Source: Mustelus asterias (Eukaryota). Taken from it: a stretch of DNA of 59,000 bases. Under the pieces are notes generated by a model. That model saw nothing but the letters and a program-made list of their open reading frames with translations, searched no databases and was not told where the DNA came from. Positions 10,953 through 22,125 of this stretch are shown here, one piece after another; the stretch's first letter is position 1; each line of letters begins with the position of its first letter. The stretch spans positions 1 through 59,000 of the forward strand of contig NW_027592264.1 in NCBI RefSeq assembly GCF_964213995.1. The letters are read 5' to 3'. Both the position numbers and the translations under genes were made by a program.

Positions 10953-11128
10953 AATAAAAACAAGAAGTGCTGTAAAAACTCAGCAGGTCTGACAGCATCT
11001 CTGGAGAGAGAAACAGAACTAATGTTTTGACACTGAAGAAGAGTCACATTCAACTGGAAACATTAATTGTTCCTGACTTTACAGATTCTGTCAGACTTAC
11101 TGAGATTTTGCAGCAACTTCTGCTTTTA
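10953..11128. mobile_element. Old Penelope-type terminal-repeat pair (family 2) in inverted arrangement with degenerate hammerhead
   Basis: Arms CTCAGCAGGTCTGACAGCATCT / AGATTCTGTCAGACTTACTGAG; central CTGAAGA-A-GAGTC..GAAACAT at 11033. Confidence 0.55.
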
Positions 11129-11839
11129 GAATGACGGTGAATGCTGGATACATGAATCAGAGACTGGTGTAAAACTGGGATCTGCTCCTAAATCAAAGTG
11201 AAACAGCAGGTTAAAGTTTCCAGTCTGAAAAGTACTATGGTTGTTATACTATATATACCATTTTAAGGCTGGTTTTAACTCATTTAAAATAAACCTGTTT
11301 AAAATATATTTGTTAAAGTCAGTATTAAAATACGAGTTGGATGAGTTCACAGGAGCTTGTTAACCGCTGGGACAATTATTCAACAAACATTGTCTGTCCA
11401 GATAGAGAAGAAGCTGCAGTTTGTTTGCAGGAATTCCCTGTTTTATTGATGTGTGTGTGTTAGACATCAGGATAACTAAAAATACACAAACCTGGACATC
11501 AATGGTGATCTGATTGACAGTTACTCTGGGAATCACTCCCACTGTGAAACTTCAGCACTGACACTGCTGAATTTTGTCGGCTCAGGGAGTGGGGCCTCTA
11601 GGAGTGGACTGTAAAAAAGCTGGGTTTCAGTATCCTGACTAATATATGGTGAGGAACCAGAAAAATCCTTACTGAGGAACTGCCTGGGGTTTTACCAGTG
11701 TAGGTTCAGGGGCGAATGATTCCTGACTCCCTGAAATGTCTGATATTGAACCCAGTTTGGAACAAGATTCATTCAGTTTCCAGGAGAATAGAGACAAATA
11801 TCACCCACAACTGAGAGAGAGAAAAACAGCCACCTTGAT

Positions 11840-12620
11840 CAATGACTTGGATGAAGCCAGAATTGATGATACAAAGATAGGTAGAAAAGCAAGTTGTGAG
11901 GTTATTACAAAAAATCTGTAAGGGGCACAGATAAGTTACCTGAATGGACAGAAAAATGGCAGATGGAGTATAGTGCGGGAAAGTGGGAGCTTTTCCACTT
12001 TGGCAGGAAGAATAGAGAAGCAAAAAATTGTTTAAATATACAGAAACTGAAGAATACTGCCGTAGAGAGGAATCTGGGTGTCCTTGTACATGAATCGTGA
12101 AAAAATAGGATGAAGGTACAGCAAGTAAAGAAGGCGGCAAATGGAGTGTTGGACTTTACTGCAAGGGGGTGGAGTTTGAAAAAGGGAACTTGCTGCACCT
12201 ACACAGGACATTGCTGAGATAGCAGCTGGAATACTGTGTGCGGTTTTGGTCTCCCTACTTATGGAATGACATGCTTTCATTGGAATGAGTTCAGAGAAAG
12301 TTCACCAGGCCCATTCCTAAGATGAAGGTGTTGGCTTTTGAGGAAAGGTTGTGAAGGTGTAGGGGAGAATTCTCCCATCCCACCCACCACAGGAATCGTA
12401 GCAGGCCGGGGGGTCCTCTGACCTCAGGGGGGGATTCTCCAGTTTTGTGGAAGTGATCCCACAGAATCCAACTCGTTGTCTTTTGGGGAAAGGTTGCACC
12501 TATACTCATTAGTTCTGGAAGAATGAGCAGTGAACATTCTGAAACATGAGATTCTCATGGACAGTTGACAGGCAAGAGGCCAAGAGGATGATTCATGAAG
12601 GAGTCTTGAACTTGGTGCCA
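11840..12620 (+). mobile_element. Degenerate CR1 LINE RT fragment
   Basis: Decayed INDLD..DDTKIG and CAGCTGGAATACTGTG..TTTTGGTCTCC motifs with frameshifts. Confidence 0.7.
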
Positions 12621-12712
12621 TAGATCTACAAGGAAGCCAAGGGTATTGTTTTAGCCCTTACAGACACCAATACTTTATCCTCAGTTTTAGTCAGGTTAGT
12701 CAGAGGTTTAGT

Positions 12713-12806
12713 CAGGTGTGGTGAAAGCTTCAACCAATCATCTGGCCTTTTGGAACATAATTGCAGTCACAGGGAGATGCCATGGAAATGTGGGGATTGT
12801 GGGAAG
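12713..12806 (+). pseudogene. ZNF exon remnant cut by CR1 insertion
   Basis: TGTGGTGAAAGCTTCAACCAATCATC..CCATGGAAATGTGGGGATTGTGGGAAG, immediately followed by CR1 tail. Confidence 0.7.
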
Positions 12807-13514
12807 AACATAAGAACTAGGAGCAGGAGTAGGCCATCTGGCCCCTCGAGCCTCGTGGCTGATCTTTTTGTGGACTCAGCTCCACTTACACGCCTGCTCA
12901 CCATAGCCCTTAATTCCTTTACTGTTCAATAATTTATCTATCCTTGCCTTAAAAACATTCAATGAGGTAGCCCCAACTGCTTCACTGGGCAGGGAATTCC
13001 ACAGATTCACAACCCTTTGTGTGAAGAAGTTCCTCCTCAACTCAGTCCTAAATCTGCTTCCCCTTATTTTGAGGCTATGCCCCCAAGTTCTAGTTTCACC
13101 CGCCAGTGGAAACAACTTCCCTGCTTCTATCTTATCTATTCCCTTCATAATCTTATATGTTTCTATAAGATCTCCCCTCATTCTTCTGAAATCCAATGAG
13201 TATAGCCCCAGTCTATTCAGTTTCTGCTCATAAGCCAACCCTCTCAACTCCGGAATCAACCTCGTGAATCTCCTCTGCACCCCCTCCAGTGCCAGTATAT
13301 CCTTTCTCAAGTAAGGAGACCAAAACTGTACACAGTATTCCAGGTGTGGCCTCACCAGCACCTTATACAGCTGCAACATAATCTCGCTGTTTTTAAACTC
13401 CATCCCTCGAGCAATGAAGGACAAAATTCCATTTGCCTTCTTAATTACCTGTTGCACCTGCAAACCAACTCTTTGAGATTCCTGCACAAGGACACCCCTG
13501 TCCCTCTGCACAGC

Positions 13515-14222
13515 GTAAGAAGTCTCACAACACCAGGTTAAAGTCCAACAGGTTTATTTGGTAGCAAATACCATAAGCTTTCGGAGCACTGCTCCTTCGT
13601 CAGATGGAGTGGAAATGTGCTCTCAAACAGTGCAAACAGACAAAATCAAATTGCAGAATACTGATTAGAATGCGAATCCTCCAGCCAGCCAGGTCTTAAA
13701 GGTACAGACAATGTGGGTGGAGGGAACAGTAAACACGGGTTCAAGAAATGTGTATTGTCTCCAGACAGAACAGCTATTAAGATTCTACAAGCCCAGGAGG
13801 CAAGCTGTGGGTGTTACTGATAATGTGACATAAATCCAACATCCCGGTTTAGGCCGTCCTCATGTGTGCGGAACTTGGCTATCAGTTTCTGCTCAGCGAC
13901 TCTGCGCTGTCGTGTGACGTGAAGGCCGCCTTGGAGAACGCTTACCTGAAGATCCAAAGCTGAATGCCCGTGACTGCTGAAGTGCTCCCCCACAGGAAGA
14001 GAACAGTCTTGCCTGGTGATTGTCGAGCGGTGTTCATTCATCCGTTGTCGTAGCGTCTGCATGGTTTCCCCAATGTACCATGCCTCGGGACATCCTTTCT
14101 TGCAGCGTATCAGGTAGACAATGTTGGCCGAGTTGCAAGAGTAGGTACCGTGTACCTGGTAGATGGTGTTCTCACGTGAGATGATGGCATCCGTGTCAAT
14201 GATCCGGCACGTCTTGCAGAGG
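13515..14222 (-). mobile_element. Penelope-like element, 5'-truncated (GIY-YIG plus terminal repeat)
   Basis: ORF 13814-14062 nearly identical to the GIY-YIG C-terminus at 8962-9210; terminal repeat at 13515-13607. Confidence 0.9.
13571..13607 (-). ncRNA. Minimal hammerhead ribozyme motif
   Basis: CCAU-CUGACGA-A-GGAGC/AGU/GCUCC-GAA-AGCU-U-AUGG on minus strand. Confidence 0.8.
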
Positions 14223-14291
14223 TTTGTTTGAGGTCATTAGGTTACATTGAAGCTTCATATGTTTCATATGAAGCAATTTTTAAAAGCAGTA

Positions 14292-14328
14292 TCTCGGCCT
14301 TTTGGCTAAGATGCAAATGAGATCAAGT
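14292..14328 (+). pseudogene. U2 snRNA 5'-end-derived fragment
   Basis: TCTCGGCCTTTTGGCTAAGAT (21 nt matching the U2 5' stem-loop region), then after a short insert AGATCAAGT; rest of U2 absent. Confidence 0.75.
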
Positions 14329-15797
14329 CATAGAGGAGGAAGTGCTTTCCCTCCTCCAATCAGCTTGGCCTCTGCACAGCAGCATGCTGCAATTTTTTCC
14401 CATTTAAATAATAGTCCATTTTGCTGTTATTCCTACCAAAATGGATGACCTCACATTTACCAACATTGTACTCCATCTGTCAGACCCTCGCCCACTCACT
14501 TAGATTATCTATATCCCTTTGCAGACTTTCAGCATCCTCTGCACACTTTGCTCTTAGTGTCATCTGCGAATTTTGACACACTACACTTGGTCCCCAACTC
14601 CAAATCATCTATGTAAATCGTAAACAATTGCGGTCCCAACACTGATCCCTGAGGCACACCACTAGTCACTGATCGCCAACCAGAAAAACACCCATTTACC
14701 CCCACTCTTTGCTTTCTGTTAGTTAACCAATCCTCTATCCATGCCAATACATTACCTGTAACACTGTGCACCTTTATCTTATGTAGCAGTCTTTGGTGCG
14801 GCACCTTGTCAAATGCCTTCTGGAAATCCAGATACACCACATCCACAGGTTCCCCATTGTCCACTGCACATGTAATGTTCTCAAATAATTCCACCAAATT
14901 AGTCAAACATGACCTGCCCTTCATGAACCCATGCTGCATCTTACCCATGGGACAACTTATATCCAGATGTCTCGCTATTTCTTCCCTGATGATAGATCCA
15001 AGGATTTTCCCTCCTACAGAAGTTAAGCTAACCGGCCTCTTGTTACCTGCCTTTTGACTACCTCCTTTTTTAAATGTTTGTGATTTTGTGAAACCTGTTT
15101 TTGTTGTCTGAGCTGACTGGAATTAGAGCCAGAGCAGGAGTATTCCAGGGGAATGATTTGGAGATAAAGGAAAATCCAGCAGATGCTGGAATTCTGAATA
15201 AAACAGACTTGCTGAGTTTATCCAGCATTTTCTCTATTTATTATAATGATTTTGGGACCTGGGTTTGAATCCCACCACGTTTCAACAAAAATATTGATGA
15301 GCATGAATTAATTGTTGTAAAAACACATCTGGTTCTCTAATTCCCTTCAAGGAAGGAAATCTGCCGCCCTGATCCAGTCTAACCGACATGTGACTGGATT
15401 CACAAACAATTCAAGGGCTGACTGGGTAAACAGGGAATGTCACCATCAGAAAAACAGAGCCCCCTGGAGGGCAGAAGTGTTAGGACAGGTTACGGAGAGG
15501 TTAAAACTGTCATCATTGAGAACAACACAGACTTTAGTGGAACAACTGGTCCCAAACACAATCTCTTGTAATTAGTGTGGCAGGGTGTGGTGAATCAGGT
15601 TTAAAAAGAGTCAAATTATATATGTTTTCTAGTTTGGACAACCACATTTAAATCTGGGACTCGGATGAGGATATAAATTGGTGTTTGGTGGTAAGATCTA
15701 AATCTGTGTATTACGCCGTGAAGCCTTAAACCCAGAGTGAGAATATTTCAAACCAGGGTTCAAAATAAATGGCTGTGGATGGTGAATTCACTCTCAA

Positions 15798-16390
15798 AAG
15801 AAAACAAAGAAAATTACAGCACAGGAACATTCCTTCGACCCTCCAAGCCTGCACCAACCACGCTGCCCGACTGAACTGAAATCCCCTCCCCTTCTGGGGA
15901 CCATATCCCTCCATTCCCATCCTATTCATGTATTTGTCAAGACGCCTCTTAAAACTCACTATCGTATCTACTTCCACTACCTCCCCCGGCAGCGAGTTCG
16001 AGGCACCCACCACCCTCTGGGTAAAAAACCTGCCTCGTACATCTCCTTTAAACCTTGCCCCTCGCACCTTAAACCTGTGCCCCCGAGTAATTGACTCTTC
16101 TACCCTGGGAAAAAGCTTCTATCCACTTTGCCCAAGCCCCTCACAATCTTGTAGACTTTGTCAGATCGCCCTCAACCTGCGTCGTTCCAGTGAGAACAAA
16201 CCAAGTTTCTCCAACCTCTCCTCATAGCTAATGTCCTCCATGCCAGGCAACATTCTGGTAGATCTTTTCTGTACCCTCTCCACTCTCCAAAGCCTCCACA
16301 TCCTTCTGGTAGTGTGGCGACCAGAATTGAACACTATATTCCAAGTGCGGCCTAACTGAGGTTCTATAAAGCTGCAACATGACTTGCCAA
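15798..16390 (-). mobile_element. CR1 LINE 3' end
   Basis: RGARFKGDVRGRFFTQRVV motif and TTTCTTTGTT tail. Confidence 0.85.
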
Positions 16391-17648
16391 AAGGCCTGCA
16401 GAAATTAAGTCTTGTGAGGAACTACTGGAAGAAATAAATCATCCTGTACATGGGAGAGGCAGAAACTGTGAGGACCATCTCCTCCAACCACAGATTCTGT
16501 CTCTCCCGATGTTGCTACATCTGCAGAGACAGAGTCTCAAACTGGAGGAACAGCTTTGCCACCTATTTTGAGAAAAGACTCAGCAGCCTATCAGTGATGT
16601 GTGGAGGAGTTGTGTCTTCCTGCTACAGAACTAGTTTCATAGCAGTGTGAGCCTCAAAAGGAATGAGCCAACCATCGGCAGACCTTTCCCCATTCTGCTG
16701 AACAAGTCTCGATTATTTTTATATATCTCAGGAGGTGGGGTTTACAGCTCAGGAATTTGAGTAACCAGATATTGTGAACATACTTACCAATCACTTGGGT
16801 CGTCACATTAGAAATTGAGATCCATTCATCCAGGTCCATATTCTAAACTGCTTTTATTTGCAGTTGAACGTTCACAGAAAACATACAGAATCCCCGGTCA
16901 GAGCTGATCTCAGCTGGTGGAGTGAGGTTATTGATGGGTTATCAATGTAAATCCACACACAATGAAGATCAGAATCGGGAGAGATTTTTCCTGCTCCACC
17001 GTCTGAACCAGTAAACATCTGATTCAGTTACCTTGTGTCAAATAGTTAGAATTCTCATTTTGGAAAGAGAGTATGGGAGTATTTTTAAAATAAGTTAACA
17101 AAACATATCATTCATAGATTCCAATTTAAAAGATTTAATATATACACAGTCTTCAGTATTTGTGCTATCTTATTCAAAGAAGTAAACTAACAGAAACACA
17201 AAAGGTAATGTTACTACGTGACTACATCACTAATAAAGGAGTTACTGAGAATGGAAAACGATGCCCTGGAAACCAAAAAATAGCCCTTAAAAATCAAAGA
17301 GTAGCTTTCCAGAAAATCTCAATACAAGCATTGAAAATAAATACTTTGTGCCCTGCAGATGGATCTTTCAGAGAATGAATTGTAGATTTTGCCCAAAGAT
17401 CAAATTAGAATTGAAGCAAAAGTTCTTAATTTTATTCTAAACAGGTTCCTGTTGAGAGTTCTTCAATTAAGGGGGAAGATCACTGGTGGTGCTTTTAAAA
17501 AGTGACATTGCAGCCCTGAAAATCAGTGACACTTCCAGAATATTAAATTCCAGCTAGTTATAGGATTTGTTAACATCAACAGAAATAAAATATTGTCAGA
17601 CTGTCAATACTGAACAGCAGCAAAAACAGCAAAATCCAACCCCTGCAG

Positions 17649-18572
17649 TCACTGGTGAACTTGTTGATGTCTCAGGAGCCATTGTGACTGAGTGAATCCC
17701 TTCCCACACACAGAGCAGTTGAATGGCCTCTTAGTGTGAGTGCGTTGGTGAGCCAGCAGGTTGAAAGACTTTGCGAATCCCTTCCCACACACGGAGCAAG
17801 TGAATGGCCTCTCCCCTGTGTGAACTCGCTGGTGAGCAGAGAGGTTGGATGACCGACTGAATCCCTTCCCACACACGGAGCATGTGAATGGTCTTTCTGC
17901 AGTGTGAGTGCATCGGTGAGCAGTGAGGTTGGATGACTGCCTGAAATTCTTTCCACAGTCAGTGCAGCTGAATGGCTTCTCTTCAGTGTGAATTTTCTGG
18001 TGTCTCAGCAGGGTGGGTAAAACTGTGAATCCCTTTCCACACACAAAGCAAGTAAACGGTCTCTCCCCAGTGTGAATTCGCTGGTGTGCAATGAGGGAGG
18101 ATGCCTGTCTGAAACTCCGTCCACAGTCAGTGCAGCTGAATGGCTTCTCCTCAATGTGAACTCGCTGGTGTGACAGTAAGTGGGATGACCCAGTGAATCC
18201 CTTCCCACAGTCGGAGCAGGTGAACAGCCTCTCCCCAGTATGAACTCGCTGGTGTGACAGTAGGTGGAATGACTGAGTGAATCCCTTCCCACATACGGAG
18301 CAGATGAATGGTCTCTCCCCGGTGTGAGTGTGTTGGTGCACAGTGAGTGCTGAAGAATGCCTGAACCTCTTCCCACAGGAGGTGCAGGTGAATGGCTTTT
18401 CCTCAGTGTGAATTCTCTGGTGAGACCAAAGGCCCGATGACTGAATGAATCCCTCCCCACGGACAGAGCAGGTGAACGGTCTCTCACCAGTGTGACTACG
18501 CCGATGATTTTCCAGCAGGGAAGGGTAACTGAATCCTTTCCCACAGTCCCCACATTTCCACGGTTTCTCCAT
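17649..18572 (-). CDS. C2H2 zinc-finger protein, 11 fingers (finger 2 degenerate, CSVR) (ZNF gene 3)
   Basis: 307-aa ORF; ATCATGG start; AATAAA on minus at 17431-17436; candidate acceptor near 18905. Confidence 0.9.
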   Translation of the reverse strand: MEKPWKCGDCGKGFSYPSLLENHRRSHTGERPFTCSVRGEGFIQSSGLWSHQRIHTEEKPFTCTSCGKRFRHSSALTVHQHTHTGERPFICSVCGKGFTQSFHLLSHQRVHTGERLFTCSDCGKGFTGSSHLLSHQRVHIEEKPFSCTDCGRSFRQASSLIAHQRIHTGERPFTCFVCGKGFTVLPTLLRHQKIHTEEKPFSCTDCGKNFRQSSNLTAHRCTHTAERPFTCSVCGKGFSRSSNLSAHQRVHTGERPFTCSVCGKGFAKSFNLLAHQRTHTKRPFNCSVCGKGFTQSQWLLRHQQVHQ

Positions 18573-19130
18573 GATACTGGTGTCCTTATGTTTCTCCAGG
18601 TTAAACGATCAGTTGAAGCCTCATCCACACACAGAACACGTGTACAGTTTCTCCTTGCTGTGAATGGTGTGATGTTTTTTAAGGCTGTGTAACTGGATAA
18701 AGCTCTTTCCACAGTCAACTCACTGAAACACTCTCACTCGGGTGTGCGTGTATCTTGGTGCTTTTTCAGTCACACTGATGTTTGAAATCTTCTCCTCCAG
18801 ACAGAAGACAAACATTTCTCCTTCCACGTTCAAAGTCTGAGGATATTTAAGTCCAAGTGAATCGAGACTCTGTCTGATTATGATGTGATGTTTCTTCACC
18901 TCACCTGTAAAAGGAGTTTACAAAATTAATCACTGTCAGTCCAGGATAGAAATTTTGAACAGGCAATTCTAATTCTCTGGAAAATTTCTTCCTCTCTTGT
19001 TCCCCAAATCAATAAATTCCTGTCCCACAAACTCTCCCTCCTCCCTGGGCTGAAATCCAAACCCATCTCACCATTTCTTTTCTCCACTCCCAGTTTGCTC
19101 CCTCCCTCTCCTCTGTCTGGGTTCAGTTCT

Positions 19131-19296
19131 GATGTGGAGATGCCGGCGTTGGACTGGGGTGAACACAGTAAGAGTTTTAACAACACCAGGTTAAAGTCCA
19201 ACAGGTTTATTTGGTAGCAAACACCTAATGGTAGCTAATGGCATTTGCTACCAAATAAACCTGTTGGACTTTAACCTGGTGTTGTTAAAACTCTTA
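19131..19296. mobile_element. Penelope terminal-repeat insertion as inverted pair with TSD
   Basis: 56-bp inverted arms 19166-19221/19244-19299; direct repeat CTGGGTTCAGTTCT at 19117-19130 and 19297-19310. Confidence 0.85.
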
Positions 19297-19354
19297 CTGG
19301 GTTCAGTTCTCCAGCTGCTGTCTGCAGACTGACAATAAAACCAATGGGTCTTAT

Positions 19355-20345
19355 TGGGGGTGTTGGGGCCTCCAGCGGGTGTTTGTGAATCCTCCCCGCC
19401 CACCTCCCAGGGTTTCCTTCCTTCCCAGAGATCAGAGTCCTCATTGATTTGAGGCCAAAGTGTAACCTCTTATTTATTGTCCCCCTCCCCCATCCTCTGA
19501 TGTGAACCATCCTCCAGTGGCTGAGCCAGGATGGGGCCGTTAACCTGGGCCTGTTCCCGGGAGGGAGGGAGGGAGGGAGAAGCCCCGCAGCTGCAAACCA
19601 GGGAGCTGACAATGATTCTGAAGGGTTTGCGGATCCACAAAGTGTTTCCAAATCCTCCCAGCCACCGCCTAACGCTGACTCCGCTTCTCCGGGACAAACA
19701 AGCGCCAAGGACAGCAATGACACTGCGCATGCTCCACATCACAATGCCCGGGGACTGATTGACGGCAGCTCCGGACCAATAGGAAGAGGGGCGGGGCTGG
19801 AGGACCGAGCGGGAGTGGCTGGTCCTCCAACCAATCGGAGTGAATGAGGGGCGGTACCTGAAGCATGCGCAGTGCGGCTGAACCAGATAAACCTGTTGGA
19901 CTTTAACCTGGTGTTGTTTGACTTGTTGCTGTGTTTACCCCAGTCCAACGCCGGCATCTCCCCATCAGTGCGGGTAATGGCAGACGGCCGGTTTTAGTTT
20001 GGACGCGAGATCAATACAAGGTAGAGGGCGGCGTGCGGGGAATGATAAATGTGGCGGGTGGGTGAGAGGCTTTGTAAACATGTTGTTCAAACCCAAACCC
20101 CGGAAATGAACTTCCCGGTCCCCCCCTTTGTACCAAATGGAGCGGCAGCTTGTAGTGTTCGACCCGGGCTGACTGCCGCCATTGAGGCTGCATGTGGGAG
20201 GCCGGCAGGGATTGTGATTGGAGAGGGAAGCCCTGACGTCACAATGGAATGGGTGAGGGTGTGACGTCACAATGGAATGGGTGAGGGTGTGACGTCACAA
20301 TGGAATGGGTGAGGGTGTGAGGTCACAATGGAATGGGTGAGGGTT
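19355..20345 (-). promoter_or_regulatory. Promoter/first exon of ZNF gene 3; inverted paralog of the gene 1 promoter incl. 28-bp CRE repeat
   Basis: Near-identical reverse complement of ~510-1269. Confidence 0.7.
19878..19966 (+). mobile_element. Short Penelope terminal-repeat insertion
   Basis: ACCAGATAAACCTGTTGGACTTTAACC..GGCATCTCCCCATC flanked by AGTGCGG repeats; absent from paralog at 894-900. Confidence 0.85.
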
Positions 20346-20390
20346 CCAGATGAGCTGAGACTGGGCTGGAGTCGGGCGATGGCACTGACA

Positions 20391-20559
20391 TGTGTCCCGG
20401 TGGCACAGTGGTTAGTGCAGCTGCCTAACAGCGCCAGGGACCCGGGTTCAATTCCAGCCTCGGGTCACTGTCTGTGCAGAGTTTCTACATTCTCCCCGTG
20501 TCTGTGTGGGTTTCTTCCGGATGTTCCGGTTTTCCTTCCACAGTCCAAAGATGTGCCGG
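20391..20559 (+). mobile_element. HE1-like SINE 5' half (duplicate of 305-471), truncated by Penelope
   Basis: A/B boxes; ends at CAAAGATGTGCCGG. Confidence 0.85.
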
Positions 20560-20935
20560 CGTTGGACTGGGGTAAGCACAGTAAGTAATCTCACAACACC
20601 AGGTTTAAATCCAACAGGTTTATTTGGTAGCACAAGCCACAAGCTTTCAGAGCGCTGCCCCTTCATCAGGTGAGTGGGAGTTCTGTTCACAAACAGGGCA
20701 TATAAAGACACAAACTCAATTTACAAGATAATGGTTGGAATACGAGTCTTTAAACGTAATCAAGTCTTAAAGGCACAGACAATGAGAGTGGAGAGAGGGT
20801 TAAGCACAGGTTAAAGAGATGTGTATTGTGTCCAGCCAGGACAGTTAGTGAGATTTTGCAAGCCCAGGCAAGTCGTGGGGGTTACAGATAGTGTGACATG
20901 AACCCAAGATCCCGGTTGAGGCCATCCTCATGTGT
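20554..20935 (-). mobile_element. Penelope-like element 3' fragment
   Basis: Terminal repeat plus 3' UTR plus end of GIY-YIG (reverse of CACACATGAGGATGGCCTCAACCGGG). Confidence 0.85.
20638..20672 (-). ncRNA. Minimal hammerhead ribozyme motif
   Basis: CAC-CUGAUGA-A-GGGGC/AGC/GCUCU-GAA-AGCU-U-GUG. Confidence 0.75.
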
Positions 20936-21059
20936 GATTGACAGATCCATGCTCACTGCTTCTTGCCCTGGATGCAGAGAGCTGAAAATTTCCATGCAGG
21001 CTGCCAGACAGATAAATGTCTACATTACTGGAGTAAAAATGTGTGGAATATACAGACCG

Positions 21060-22095
21060 AATTCACTTCATTTCCTTCAGTTGCTGCAAGTCCCCAACTT
21101 CCCCCAGAATGAGGAAAGAAATGGAAAGGGGGAAACATTGATTTCCTCCCAGATGTTGAACAGAGGAGGGAGTTTCACTCGGAAGCTCATTGGACAACTT
21201 CCGCATTGTGACGTCACAATAGAGCCCTGCCTGAATCAGCCATTAGGAATCACTCTGCTCCGCGTTGACGTCTCTGGGTTCCAGTGCGCAGGTCCGGGCG
21301 CGCGGACCCACGAGCCCCGCCCCCACCCATTGTTCCCCTCCCCCTACACCTCCTTGAACCAAGGTTTCCAGGCAACCGGCTGACGGCTCCGGCAAGAGCG
21401 AGAAGCCGCTCAGTGAGCTCCCCCTCCCCCCGGCCCAGGACTACACATGTGCGAGGGAGAGGGGAAGCTGCGCATGTGCGGGGGAGAACCCACCCTCTGA
21501 TCTTCATGTTGAGGTGTTGACCAATGGGAAGAGTTGGAGGACCGGAAGGACTCTGGTCTTCCAGCCAATCAGAGCGTGGGCTTTGTGTGAATGAAGATTG
21601 ATCTTCAGACAGACTCAAACTTCCTCCTGTCTCAAACATCTGTGAGTGGGAAAGATTGGATTGTCCAGCCAGTCCACCATATTGGCCGTTCGCTTTGCGT
21701 GTTGGCCAGTATAGTGTGCTCCAGGCAGGGGGCGGGCAGAGGATAAGGAGTTCAAGGCGGGCTTAATGCGCGCCTTGCGGTGAGCTTTTGGAAATGTGGC
21801 CGCTGGGAGGAACGCCTTGGTCGGCGTGAAGTTTCTGTTTCAAGTGCTTGGGTTCGTGACTTGTGCAAGAACTTTTTGTTTCGGCTGGGGCTTGTTGAAT
21901 GCTGCTCTCGCTGGGATTCCTGTGCCTTGAAAGGTGTGGCCCAGGTAGATGCAATCTCGGAAGACCCAAACATCTGTGAGTAAAACACTTTCTCTTCAAC
22001 CCCCTTTCCATTTCTTTTCTCATTCTGGGGGAAATTGGGGACTTGCAGCAACTGAAGAGAAAGGAAGTGAATCCAGGGAGGGTGCAGACTCTGGA
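21060..22095 (+). promoter_or_regulatory. CpG-rich promoter/first exon(s) of ZNF gene 4
   Basis: 16-bp palindrome ATTGTGACGTCACAAT (21205-21220), TGCGCATGTG, ACTACA, CCAAT boxes; donors ACATCT|GTGAGT at 21642 and 21976; acceptor TTTTCAG ending 23647. Confidence 0.6.
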
Positions 22096-22125
22096 AAGGT
22101 TGGTCCAGGTTTCTCGCTCTCTCGA

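Larger units (their letters stand above)
12804..15075 (-). mobile_element. CR1 (HER1-like) LINE 3' part, interrupted at 13515-14368
   Basis: ORFs 14529-14948 ([29 protein letters not shown]) and 12876-13511 (RPHLEYCVQFWSP); tail TTCTTATGTTCTT. Confidence 0.9.

Noticed and set aside
14292-14328. Functional U2 snRNA gene
   Set aside because: Only ~30 nt match; branch-point recognition sequence GTAGTA and the 3' domain are missing
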